DNA of 64,000 nt, taken from assembly GCF_964355755.1 (NCBI RefSeq), contig NC_092675.1, forward strand, positions 27,934,912 through 27,998,911. The letters run 5' to 3'. Under the pieces are notes generated by a model that saw only the letters and a program-made list of their open reading frames with translations, was not told where the DNA came from and ran no database searches. Source of the stretch: Antedon mediterranea. Lineage: Eukaryota > Animalia > Echinodermata. Shown one piece after another: positions 41,260-54,490 of the stretch. The position numbers were made by a program, and so were the translations under genes. Position 1 is the stretch's first letter. Every line of letters begins with the position of its first letter.

Positions 41260-43220
41260 CCTCCTGATTTCAACAATACTGTAGTAGAAGGTAATCTCTT
41301 ATCCATGCACTGCGTGTTTCGCTGTCACAAGAATAGAGATGTATTGGGTCTTTGGACTAGAGAGGACTCTAAGGTTATGAATACGGAACGGATAAAGGTA
41401 ACAACAATTACTCAAAGTGCACGCGGCAATGTAGTAAGAACATCATTGACAATTGGGGATACTAGATTAGACGACGAGGGTAAATATCGATGCCTTTTAA
41501 AAGATCTTACTTTAGATGTAAACATAGGGACGTCATCCGGATTTCAAGTACATGTGCTGAAGCCACCAATCTTTCCTATCATCATCCACCAGTCTTGGAA
41601 ATAAGGTAATGCTAGCAACCTGCGTCACGGAGAAGACTGTGCCCAAACCTCAGCTTACTTGGCTCGATCAAACGGAGCCGCATTATGCTGACAATGCAAC
41701 ACACATAATGATACAGAAAATATCTAAAGTTGATGAGGAAGTCGTTTGCATTATGCGTTGGTATAATGAAGCACCGCGAGTTCACACCTTTAGATCTGGT
41801 ACGGGACAAGATAACACAGATGGGTATAGGCCTACCTCAGATAATGATAGCAAGCAACTTCAATCCTCATTGGCACCAGTGACGTCAGCATGGGAACCTG
41901 AAAATGACAAGCCAGAAAAACCCATCAACCTTAACATAGTAATTTTTATAATCATAAGTTTCCTCATATTATTTACAGCTTTTAGTATTACATGTATTTG
42001 TATTCTTTGTGGCATGTGGCGCCAAAATAAAGAAACTGACATAGAATATGACGAAGTGTATGAAATGAATTTTGAAACCGTATCTATGCCCCAATTATCC
42101 TGTTCCACCATGGATTCACACATTTAGATTTGGTACGGGACAGGTTAAGACAGATGGGTATACCACAGATGATGATGATAACAAGCAACTTAGCCTAAAT
42201 CTTCAATGGCACCACTGACATCAGCATGGAAACCTGAAAAAAGTGACAAGCCAGAAAAACTTAGCAGCCGTGAAATAGTAATTTTTACATTCATAACTTT
42301 ACTCATAATATTGCTTGCATGTTTTTGTATAATATCTAGTGGGATTCTTGTTTGCGCAATGTGTCGCAAAAGATGTTGTAAACAAAAAGGCAATGGGGAG
42401 TCACGGGAACCTCTTAATGGTTACATTGTTGAGCGTAAAGATAATAAAGAATTTGAAATAGAAGGGAAAATTTATGAATTAGTTTTAAAAAATGATAGTG
42501 TGTAATATATCTGCCAGAAATATTGGTCTCAACTGCGTAAAGCAAAGTCATGAGATATTAAATAATTTACGTTACAAACATAATAAATGATGTTAATATA
42601 ACGATAATATTATGAATAATAACTACTAACTTAATTTCGATGAAATAATGTGTCTAAATATAAGAATATCAAACCAGATTAATTGTAAATCCTTGAATAT
42701 AATTGAAACAAGTAGTTACTATATATTCGTTTAAATTTTCTGTTGATTACGATTACTCTTTACTGTTCACACCCGAGTCTAATATTCCAATAACATTGTT
42801 ATAACAAAAAGAAATTGCCCTTTAAATCTTATGTAATAGTAATGGCATATGTTTGATTTAATAGTTTTATCATAGTTTTAAGATTATCACAAACATGGGC
42901 CTATATTAGGTCCATAATGCAAACATGGGGGAAGTACAAAAGTATGATGGTTGTTAAAAGTTGAAATTTGAGAATGTTAATGATTTAGATACGGGTCCCA
43001 GTCAAAAAAGGTCCCGGCGCTGGTTTTATATTGTATATATATACATACAATATTTTACTTTTTGTATATATAAAAATATGCGACAAATTGAACTGTTGTC
43101 GACGGCGACGTTACAGTATTTGTCTGCATTGTTAACATTATTATTAGTATATGCATTGTACAGTATTATCTGCATTGTATTATATATACAAAGATACAAT
43201 TTTTCTAGAATTTTTTTTTT

Positions 43221-43340
43221 ATATACGGTCATACAGCGTTGAAACACCGGTTCTCGTCAAATCACCGAAGTTAGGCAACGTTGGGCGTTGGTCGCATTCT
43301 GGATAGGAGACCGTCTGGAATCGCTGCGGGTTCTGTATAT
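43221..43340 (+). pseudogene. 5S rRNA-derived sequence (diverged 5S pseudogene or SINE3-type head)
   Basis: TACGGTCATAC.GCGTTGAAACACCGGTTCTCGTC..ATCACCGAAGTTA.GCAACGT.GGGCG...TGGAT.GG.GACCG.CTGG matches metazoan 5S over about 120 nt; box C is altered and no T-run terminator follows directly. Confidence 0.8.
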
Positions 43341-43952
43341 ACGACCTAATCCAAATTTCCTCAGTTTCTAGTTAAGCTTTAAGGACAAAATATAAATACC
43401 TTATGTAGGCTATATTTAAATTGCATTTTAATTTTACTACTTTATTTTAAACTATTTTGTGATTTATGTGTTACATTGGACTCCACCGGCTAGTGTGACA
43501 CTTCGTGTTCATGTTATATAAGACTATATGCATAGACATAATGTTATTATAATCAAAGCAAAAAGAAGTGAATCAAATAAATGAAATAACAACTAGGAAG
43601 TTGAATTTATTATTGAAACTGCGTTTTTTTTCTGTAATCTGAAATCTGTAATCCAGTTTTCAGTAGTCAAAACCTTCATCTTCATCAGTAGCCTATACCA
43701 CACTAACAACTAACGTTACTATTACGTCACTATGTTGCTGCCCTTATGTGCTGCTTATCTACCAAATTCGGTTGAGTTTGTATGCAGTAAAAATCAATTA
43801 AACAAATTGTAAAAACGGATTACTGTTATATGCATATCATACTATAAATTTCAAGACAAATATAACTGTCATTTGAAATTAGTTTTAAATATGCACTTTA
43901 TGTAAGATAAAAATGTCATAAAATATTAACTGGGAATTACAATAGGTCTAAG

Positions 43953-44151
43953 CAAGGCAATCTAACAGGATGCTGAGCTCCGGAGATCAAAGTGTTTATC
44001 TGTGGCTGCGACACGATCAGTTCCACGCCCCTTATTAGTTAGTACAGCACTGTGGCATGGTATTTGTCGCAGCCAGACATAAGATCAAATGACTGTTACG
44101 AGTTCCTATATTTTCAAGGCGAGCTCAGTGTCCTGTAGTTAGATTGCCATG
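43953..44151. mobile_element. MITE with CA..TG ends and 7-bp TSD (P-element/Galileo-like)
   Basis: Same family as 6410-6605; flanks GTCTAAG/GTCTAAC. Confidence 0.75.
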
Positions 44152-44488
44152 GTCTAACGGAGTTTCCCAGATTACTACTTAGATCGTGTCAGATTTCTAG
44201 AGATAGTTTTATTATTACAGGAGGGTACCATAAATGTCCGATCCGACGGCATTGTCTTCTTCATGATATGATGGTCAAAGAAGATCGGATCGACTATAAA
44301 TGGAGTTATTCAAATCATAGACCACTGGCTGGTTATGAAGCTTTCTTTTATACTACTGGATGGACCATATAGGCTACCATTTAACCGATTGTGTACGTGT
44401 TATCATAAAATATTGCCCTTGTGGTAGGCCTAACTTTTTTCGTTATTGAGAATCCTAACTTCCAAAATCATAACCCTTTAAAAAGTAA

Positions 44489-46730
44489 TAGTCCAGATCC
44501 CTATGTCAAAAAAAGTGCCTTCGTGTGCAGATCATGGGGAAAGTGTAAACATTGTGTTTTATGAATATTTGAATCATGCTGGTTATAAAAACCCATGTTG
44601 TCAAATTTCTAAAATTCATCTTTGACCTCTGACCTCAATTTGAATGTTTTGACCCATTGAAAACAAAATGGTTCTATCTTTGCAACGCTTAGATTAAATG
44701 AAATAATTTTAGTGTCAAATTATTTGAGAGATGCATATTAATATTCGTTCTAATGGAAAAGTTTGTCCAAAAATGGCTGGAAGTATGATTTTTGGCATAT
44801 TTGACCTTTGACCTACATATCATATAACTCCGTAACTAATAGATGGAACAATTTTAAATAGGGCTCAAATTAATCTGAAGGTATATGTTTCTATTCAGTC
44901 TAATAAGAACTTTTTCAAGCAAATGACCCGAAATATTTTTATTGACCTTTGACCTGTACTGGTAGTACACATTTCTATAATCTCAAAAACTATTGGCCGT
45001 AAAATGGTTGTTTTTGTGAAATGGTTCGAAAAATTTACATTTATATGTTGTATAATAACAATATTTTATAGAAATGTAAAATAATTCTATTTATGATCAC
45101 TAACTTTGTAATTTATTAACATCACTAGCATTTGTTATAATATTAAAATGTGTTATATTTGCTGATTTTAAGCAATTCACATAAATTTATCTGAATTATG
45201 TGTATTTAATATAAAGTTTTGTTTTTTTTATATAAAGAAAATTTAATTATCTATCAAATAAGACTATTTTCAAATTATTATGGCTAAAACTTAATTAGAT
45301 ACAGGCAAAAAAGTGTATTTTTACTTGTGTGAACAGCGCCCTCAATCTTTATTTTTTCCCAAAAAATACCACATTTTTATGTGGTTTCATAAACTTAGCT
45401 GGTTGTAACTTTTTAAAAGATTTGTTGTCAGTGACGTGTAACTTACATACACCTTCTACCATATACTAATAAAAAAGATTTTGATTTTGTGCTAAAAATC
45501 CATCTTTTTGGTCCAGTACAAACAATCTTGTACAGCCATTCTTACACAATCAGCATATTTTTTTGGAAAGATAATCATAATATCTATCCAATAAAATATG
45601 AATTGTGTGTATTAATATCTGCTAGATTGCTTTTATTAAACCAAAAAGATGGACTTTTAGCTCAAAATTAAAATATTTTTTTGGTGTGTATCATGTAATA
45701 ACCTCAACAAAAATATCAAGCTATCGGAATATTTTTCTAAATTTTTTTCAGAAACTGACCTAGTACGTTATAAAAGTGGTATGTAAATTACCGGTTACTG
45801 TAAAAAGTCTTTAAAACAAAGTAATAACCTGTTAAGTTCAGGAAACCAAATAAAAATGTGGTATTTTTTGGGAAAAAATGAATATTGAGGGCGCTGTTCA
45901 CACAAGTAAAAATACACTTTTTTGCCTGTATCTAATTAAGTTTTAGCCATAATAATTTGAAAATAGTCTTATTTGATAGATAATTAAATTTTCTTTATAT
46001 CCAAAAAAAAAACTTTATATTAAATACACATAATTCTGATAAATTCATGTGAAGTGCTTAAAATCAGCAAATATAACACATTTTAATATTATAACAAATG
46101 CTAGTGATCTTAATAAATTACAAAGTTAGTGATCATAAATAGAATTATTTTACATTTCTATAAAATGTTGTTATTATACAACATATAAATGTAAATTTTT
46201 CGAACCATTTCACAAAAACAACCATTTTACGGCCAATAGTTTTTTAGATTATAGAAATGTGTACTACCAGTACAGGTCAAAGGTCAATAAAAAATGTTCG
46301 GGTCATTTTCTTGAAAAAGTTCTTATTACACTGAATAGAAACATATACCTTCAGATTAATTTGAGCCCTATTTAAAGTTTTTCCAACTATTAGTTACGGA
46401 GTTATATGATATGTAGGTCAAAGGTCAAATATGCCAAAAATCATACTTCCAGCCATTTTTGGACAAACTTTTCCATTAGAACGAATATAAATATGCATCT
46501 CCCAAATAATTTGAAACTAAAATTATTTCATCTAATCTAAGCGTTGCAAAGATATGACCATTTTGTTTTCAATGGGTCAAAACATTCAAATTGAGGTCAG
46601 AGGTCAAAGATGAATTTTAGAAATTTGACAACATGGGTTTTTATAACCAGCATGATTCAAATATTCATAAAACACAATGTTTACACTTTCCCCATGATCT
46701 GCACACGAAAATACATAGGGATCTGGACTA
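44489..46730. mobile_element. 2.24-kb foldback element (non-autonomous, Academ-like ends)
   Basis: 44489 to about 45470 is the reverse complement of about 45760-46730 at high identity; ends TAGTCCAG..CTGGACTA; exact 3-bp TSD TAA (44486-44488, 46731-46733); no ORF. Confidence 0.85.
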
Positions 46731-48926
46731 TAATGCCGTGATAGATGTTCGCACAGGATCATCGGTGCTGTATCTGTATCATCTGTCATCAGCTGTATCA
46801 TAGGCAAATTCTGTGATACAGCCTGTGTTTCTCACGTGGTGCCTGTATCATGAAAATCTGAGGTACAAGGGGTTAGGTTAGTGTCTATAACTGGTGTTAA
46901 GTGAAACAAATGAGATGCTGTATCACTGAATTTCCCTATGATACTCTGGAGAACCTTAGTACAGAGCAAGACACTGACAGCACAATGATCCAACAAAAAG
47001 TAATATAAAGGTCTAGCAAATGCTCCTTCTAAAAATGTACCGCAAGCTTGAAGATAACATGACATTATTGTATACTAAGAATAGCACTCGTTTCAAAATT
47101 TTCATCGTCATCATTTAGGCTAGTTAAAATCACACCACACTCTTGGTACAAAAAATATTTCTTAACCGTTATCATTCGTTTTTTGAAATAAAAAAATAGG
47201 GCCAATTTAAAAAGTCATTTACATTAAAATTAGTAGTTCCTCGTAAACTATTTGTAATCCATTGGCTAGCAGCCAATTTGACCATTTTTTGCTTTAAATT
47301 AAAATTTTTTCCTGTAAATACATTTTTTTTTCGATCCAATTTTTTGTCAAAGTGGATAAATATTATGTTACATTAAAATGGAATATTTTAAAAAAAATGT
47401 ATTAAGAATAATTTTTTCAGGGGGACAATACATAAGTGGACGTCAACGTACGTGTCATATTATTGATGTTGTGATTCTCTGTGTTTAGATAAGGATGCTT
47501 TAGACCAGGTCCGCCTTATATTATTAGCCAATCAAAATCGTATAAATTTTGGAGGGAAAATGTTATCCTCCTCTGAAGCCTAAAATTTGCATGTCCAGTA
47601 TAAAAGTGGAATGTAATAGATATTAAAGGAAGAAGAGAGAATAAGATCAGAGTAGATAAACGGAAAGATGATAAAGAAAATAAGGCTTGACTGGTAGTGG
47701 TAGAAAGATGTATTAATTGAGTTACAAGGAATAAAAGTTCTAGTTGAGTTAAATATACTTTTTGTATGAGTTATCATTCAGTGACAGCTGTGTACGTCGC
47801 GTGGAAATATATACGCCTGAGAAAGCTCGGAACCAACTAATATATTCACTACAGTACAGAACAAGCGGTACGAGTAATTTCGCCCTTTTTTAAATAGTAA
47901 TGTTTAGGCCTACACGTCCTTAAATTTAATTCCAAAAACTAATTAATAATCTCTTATTTATTAAGTAAATTCGTAAGCATGTATAGTTTTTAGTAATCAA
48001 ACGTTTATTTATTTAGTCTGAGTCAGAATTATTGTCTTATATAGAATTTGTTTCTAATTATTATTGTATAGGCCTAAGCCTAGATTTAGCAGAAAAGGGG
48101 CAGGTCCATTGCAAACACAAGAAAGATTAATTTAAAGGAATTTGGCCAAGCCAGGTAAGGTGAATAATTACAAAGAAATCAACCGGGAAAAAAATTGTGA
48201 ATGGACATAGGCCTGGACCTATTAGAGGAAGGGTGGATTTAGAATGTGATAACAAGATGAAATAGAAGCAAAAGGGAGAAAAGAAACAAACTGGAAAAGG
48301 AAAGAAACGAAAGACCGAAGGTATTAATGAACATTTGTGGAAATTCCTAATAAATATCTGTATTCTGTTTAAAGTACAGTAATAATGTTTGGTGGATTGT
48401 CAAAACAATCTTTAATTTCAACAGATATTCCAGATCTTTTGTAAATGAGTATGAAACAACGAAAGGATGTGCGCAAACACAATCTATGAATGTTTGGAAC
48501 ATTTTTATAAAAAGTAGTATCGTTTTGTAAGCTCTTCGATGTTGTTTCCTTTCCTTACTACTCTTTAAAAGTTGTGACCGGGTGTTGCTGTTACGTAACA
48601 GAATGTTTCGTTCCAAGGTGTTTATAATCTTGAGTAGTAGCTCTTTCAGTAATAATGTACATTGCCAAATTCTTTTTTACCGTTCGGTATTTGATTTTTG
48701 ACTGACTTTATAAGATTGTTTTATTTCTTTCCTTCCCCATAATTAAAACAATTTACCACTTTATTTAACTTTAAATATTTTGTAGGGTTTTTTTCTTCTA
48801 GAGAAAAATGTAGCAAAGTAAGAAAGAAAAGTAAGTAATACTGGATGAATTGAAAGAACTTGTCAAAGGCAAAGTGTTAGATGCACTATTGTTCTTTATG
48901 TTGTATACCGTTATATAAAGTTATTC

Positions 48927-49500
48927 ACTGCCCTCTATACATGTACTGACACGTTTAATGAGGTTAAAAGGCTAGTAATTGGTAACATTTATTTACAAAT
49001 TTGATTAGTCTAATATAAAATGTTCTATACTGCCCTCTATACATGTACTGACACGTTTAATGAGGTTAAAAGGCTAGTAATTGGTAACATTTATTTACAA
49101 ATTTGATTAGTCTAATATAAAATGTTCTATACTGCCCTCTATACATGTACTGACACGTTTAATGAGGTTAAAAGGCTAGTAATTGGTAACATTTATTTAC
49201 AAATTTGATTAGTCTAATATAAAATGTTCTATACTGCCCTCTATGCATGTACTGACATGTTTAATGAAGTAAAAAGGCTAATAATTGGTAACATTTATTT
49301 ACAAATTTGATTAGTCTAATATAAAATGTTGTATACTGCCCTCTACACATGTACTGACACGTTTAATGAGGTTAAAAGGCTAATAATTGGTAACATTTAT
49401 TTACAAATTTGATTAGTCCATGGAGGAAAATAAATAATTTATTTTTTCCTCCATGATTAGTCTAATAATAGCACGTTGTATATTGCCCTCTATGCACGTA
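48927..49500. repeat. Homogeneous 102-bp minisatellite, about 5 copies
   Basis: ACTGCCCTCTA units start at 48927, 49029, 49131, 49233, 49335; homologous to the PUM3 exon 4/intron 4 repeat. Confidence 0.9.
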
Positions 49501-50914
49501 GCACAATGATGTTAAAGTCTGAATATTCTACGTACTATTTATGAGGCTAAATGCTTTAAAGCATTGGTTGCAATTGATTATTTGCAAGTACAGTAACTGT
49601 AAATATTAATATATGAATACTCCCTCTATAATGAATTGTTATCTATAAATTGATACTGTGTATTGTTATTACAATGTATTAATAATATTTTGTTTTATTT
49701 CATATCATTTTCAGTAAAAGAATAATTTCTTAGATCATATTCTAAAATATGTCGAAATACAAATATGCTAAATTTTTCGTGAAGCAAATGTTACCGTACC
49801 ATACGGAACAAAGGAACAATGCAATCATTATAATGACCACATTTCACGGTAGCGTCTGAAGTAATTAAGATGGCATACAATAACCATGCAAATTTAAGAG
49901 TTCTACGGTCCTTCATTTGCTCTATTTAATTCATTTTTCCAGTAATTCCAAGAGTGGTTAAAAACAAACCGGAAAAATTATTTGAATATTGTATTCATAA
50001 GTACCCTTAACTACATTTAATACAGTGTAAAGCAGGCAACATTTTAATGCAAAAGGACTGACAAAGGCGAATATATATTTCTTACGGATATACTCAATGA
50101 TTTAATAAACATAATTAACTCAAAGTAATTTTTATTAATATTCATTTTTCATGTTTTTGGGGGACAATTATACATTTTTAATAGGTGACCACAACTCAAC
50201 TAATCTCTTACCATGCTCATCAATTTTTACGATGCACCAGTTTGTTGTTTTTGTTGACCTTATCTTCTATTTTAAAAACTGACCAGATATTACTGATAAA
50301 GATACCGAAACATTTCTGTAATGATAGTTTCAAGTATTTATAACCACAGTTAGTACATTTGATGTTTAGAAAACAGCGATTAATTGTTCTTTTCTTTTGA
50401 AAAACTTATGAAATCAAAGAAAACCGAAAATGTTCTATAGTCGTTGTTATGGGTATCTCTAACTATTTGCTTTATAATGACATATTTTAATATGTTTTTC
50501 ATGTGAAAACTAAAGTTATTGGAGCATAATTATGATAATTATTATTATAATTGCACATTATAACTACAATAACTTTATCTGGTGTAATGTTTAATTTTAG
50601 ATTTACAGGAACTTTTGGTTTTGTTTGATATTAATACTGTACATACTTTTAGGAAATATATAATCTATCTATAAATTTACCATAGTGTGTACTAATAATT
50701 AGATGGCGTGACAGTCAAAGATATTAAATTTAAGTTTTCTTTTCTCACTAAATTTCAGTTTTTGCTTTCATTTCTCATAATTCATCAATTGTCTGTGTCT
50801 AAATAAATACAGAAATTTAAATGTTTGACCAAAATAAATTGTACCAGCTCTTTTTAGTACCCTCTGACAACCATTTTATTTATAATTATTCTTACGTAAT
50901 TGGAATTTACTTAA

Positions 50915-51463
50915 AGATGTATTGTCCCTTGAAACACAAAAAATGAAAAAAAAAAATTCTAAATTTAAATTGGCCATATCAAAGTAATATTAAAGTTATT
51001 CACTTTAAGTCGAAAATTCGAGCCAAAAACAACAAGTTTACGTAATTAACAGGTAAATTAATTTGATTACATTTCGTCTGGAAAATCGTCACGAGCAAAA
51101 GTAAACAAAGATTTCAAATCATTAGTATGCATTATGCATGATGCTACTTAGGATTGTTTACAACTTGTCGCAGTTAGTTGAGAAGGTTTTTTCACACAGA
51201 TCGCGAAGAAGTTTTATGAATATGCATACAGAGTAGCCAAACAAGCGCGTTGCATTATGAGATATGTTTTGATCGAAAATTTTGACTGGAAGTCAAAGTT
51301 ATTTTTTTAACAAAAAAACGTCTGTATTTTGGTTAAATTATTTTTTTTCCGACTAATTTTTTGTGAAAGTTAATAACTATTATGATACTTCAAAATGACC
51401 CACTTTTTTCGAAATATTAAAAAAAAATTTTTTTTTTGAATTAGTCAAAGGGACAATACATCT
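50915..51463. mobile_element. Non-autonomous Kolobok-like MITE inside the PUM3 pseudogene
   Basis: 16-bp TIR AGATGTATTGTCCCTT; TTAA TSD (50911-50914, 51464-51467); the paralogous empty TTAA site is at 24592-24595. Confidence 0.85.
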
Positions 51464-52255
51464 TTAATAGAACAGCAACATGATAAATGTTTTGTATTTG
51501 TTGAATGCGGAGAATATATTCATAAGTTAAAATAATGACTATTAAAAGATTTGAAAATGCATTATTTCTGTATTATATACTTTTTTTTTCTATTTTTAAA
51601 GGACATGATAGAATCCATCGTCGTCGTAGTTCAAATTCTTCACACACACGATGGTGCTCGTGTTGTTATGCAATGTATTTATTTGGCATGGCACAGCAAA
51701 AGTATGAAATATATAAATAATACAGACACATAGATTAGATCTAAAGCAAGTTTTCCATTGGGCCAATGAAACATGATTCCTGCATCGCAAAAAATAGATG
51801 GGATCTATCTCAAATAGGCTTTAGACCAAGGTTGTACAGAAATCAAACAAACATTACAATTAAATTGCCTAATTTAGCTCATGAAAGTTGCACAAATACA
51901 ATATAATTGCAAGTTTGCTGGTGATTTTGTTAAGTAAATCCCAGCAACAATCTGAATTCTAATTTATATCATATCCTCTGCTTAATTTATAAAATAAAGC
52001 ATATATGCATTTAATTGTTATTAATTGCTTTTTAAAATCTTTCAAGACGTATTTTTCCAAGATATGTCGTGAGGAGTATTGTCATTGGGTCATGTAGGCA
52101 TTGTTTGATTCAGTTGACGATACAAAGCTATTGGCAAAGATTATTCTGACGGTATGTCTTATTAACATTAATTGAAATATGTCAGAAGTCAAAATGATAA
52201 GTAGCAGTGAGAGAGATTAACTGAAAAATTTCTTTTAGATACTAATAGTGAATGG

Positions 52256-52847
52256 GTGTCAAACATTCACTAAACAAACATATAGCATTACATGTTAGAT
52301 TAGACTACTTTTATGCAACACAATACTCGTTTTTATTTGCTTATAAAAGTAATTACTGTAGATAGTAAGTAATTACTGATTAAATTGCGTCAGTGGTGGC
52401 GCCAGGTTTTGCCCGATACATATTATTTGAACACATTTCACTTATGTCGATAGATAGATAGATAAATATTTAGCTATCTATCTATTTATCTATATGTATC
52501 AGTATTTATGACATAATTAAATAATTCAGGGCGGCAGATGGTAAATTCTCTTTGAGGCAAAGGTTGCACTTTTTGTTTGCGCTACCAGGCCTATATGTTT
52601 TAGTAGATGACAAGATGCGTCACGAGATTGAATATTACTAATTATATTAACTTTATGCAGCACAATGATGTTATTATCTACTAATAAGAAATAAGCTTCC
52701 ATAAAATTGTCTAAAGTCCAACTAACATGAACTTACTATCTACAGTATTTTATAAGTAAATAGAAGCAAGCATTGTGTTGCATAAAAGTTGTCTGAAGTT
52801 CAATCTAACATGTACTGCTATTGTTTGTTTAGTGGATGTTTGGCACG
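52256..52847. mobile_element. Degenerate MITE with about 115-bp TIRs
   Basis: GTGTCAAACATTCACTAAACAAACA...TACTGTAGATAGTAAGT vs ACTTACTATCTACAGTA...TGTTTGTTTAGTGGATGTTTGGCAC. Confidence 0.6.
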
Positions 52848-54490
52848 AGGGGAGAGTGTGCCCAATTAAGGATTTTCAACTTTAAAAGCGACTAAAACTA
52901 CCCTCAAATTAATGTCTAATATCATCTGGAGTTTCTGGAGGCTCCACCCATGTAGCGTAATAGGCGAGGGAACAGGTGTCCCCCGACGGATTTTACCGGG
53001 CTGGAAAATTTGTACCAGACTGGATATAGAAGAAAAAAAAGAGTTGGGAAAGACAGGGGAAGGAAATAAAAAATGGTTTATTGTAGATCAAACTTGTACA
53101 TACTTGTATCGATAGTATTACATCAATGACACTTTCTAGATATGACAACGTTAGCATAAATTCAGTATTTTAAAAGGAAAATTCCCGGAAGCTATCATCG
53201 AAAACCCACGCAAATACTCTGTATTTTTATTTATACCTGTAGTTGGTTGCGACGTATCTAAAATCAGGCCTATTTTCCATCCCAATATAACCTGACATTT
53301 TTAAAGTATAAATAGTGCATTCCGGGGACCTCAGCTCTATTTTTTTAAATGTTCTCACCTCAGCCAATAAATATTACTTACTTACTAGCCCCAACCACGA
53401 TGGAGCTAAATTCTTGTAGAGTGGTTTTTTTTTTTGTTCGTTTTGGGCAGTTTCCTACACCAAGTCATAGATTAATAACCCACAAATTATTATCTTTGCA
53501 CACCCTGACCCAAGACCTGTTATGCGGCTGGCTCCGCTTATTCAGTTTTTTGTAAGATGTTGATTGATAAAGTTGGTACAGATAAGATATCAGCATGGAA
53601 CACTATAAACAGAGGATCTTTTATACTTTTTAGGCGAGTAAAATTCATTCGTTTTCAGAGCTACTGTATTTGTTTCTTTGTATATAAATTTAAATTTATG
53701 GGCTGATCACAATTAGCAACGACTGTGACAAAGGTTACATTCATACCTGACGTGATGTTGTTTGAATAAAATAGATAATCACAGAATAAATAACAGAACG
53801 TTTTATACCAGGCTGACATGCAAGTAACATGTAGGTGAGAGAAATTGTTAACTAACAATTCAAAGGTACAATTTAGACACCATCACGCATGACCTCAATT
53901 CAGTGGCCACTCATAATTTGTCCTACATGTTGTCAATATTTACTATAGAGGCCTATATATATGTTGTACAGCTTAATTGTCAATCCTTTCCCGCAGGTCG
54001 GCCGTACGCATGGTAAGTTAAGGATTTTTTTAGTAAATTTGTAAACATAGGCTTGTAATACATATAATCTGTTCAATGCGAACTGTTGATCAGATCCTGC
54101 AATCAGAATTAACACCCAAAACATCTGCGCTACATCTTTTCTTCTGACGTATTGTATTTAGCAAGTGCATTTGTACTCAAACCCACGATATGTCGGTCTT
54201 TATAAAAATAATCTTGATAAATTATATACGATAAAGTTCAAATAATTAATTTGTATTTAAAATTGCACTAAGCAGGACTATTTAAGTAGGAGTTTCTACT
54301 GTTGTTTAATTCCATTATTTTTACGTTTGTTTTTAAGTTTATTTACTGCAATAATTCAAACTCAACCGGATTCACTATTCAATGAGCGAATCTCAAATAT
54401 CATACACACCAGATAATATAGTTTATTTTAATTCGTCAGTAATAGCGATTTTTGTGGCAGGTCCTTAACTCGAACTTTCTCATTTGATAC

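Larger units (their letters stand above)
37217..42505 (+). pseudogene. IgSF gene B1 (V-set + C2-like + stalk + TM + Tyr tail), split by a transposon and frameshifted
   Basis: Leader MAAVTVFLLTCLYIPVISGCS at 37217-37279. The V domain resumes at about 41260 (C..W..SLTI..DEGKYRC), followed by a frameshift at about 41583 and D2 ATCVTEKTVPKPQLTW. The stalk-TM-tail unit is duplicated (41790-42127, 42124-42505). Paralogous to 58006. Confidence 0.85.
48251..53633 (+). pseudogene. PUM3: Unprocessed PUM3 pseudogene (segmental duplicate)
   Basis: Remnants in order: exon 1 end (about 48251-48320), exon 2 (about 48422-48480, stop), exon 3 (about 48801-48881), exon 5 (49734 to about 49910, indels), exon 8 (51602 to about 51701), exon 9 (about 52035-52151, TAG), exon 14 (53546-53633), plus homologous intron sequence (50400-50910 vs 24070-24595). 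Confidence 0.9.

Noticed and set aside
43221-43340. Functional 5S rRNA gene
   Set aside because: Single copy, altered internal control region and no oligo-T terminator.
48927-49500. CRISPR-like regular array
   Set aside because: The units are identical end to end with no unique spacers; it is a eukaryotic minisatellite.
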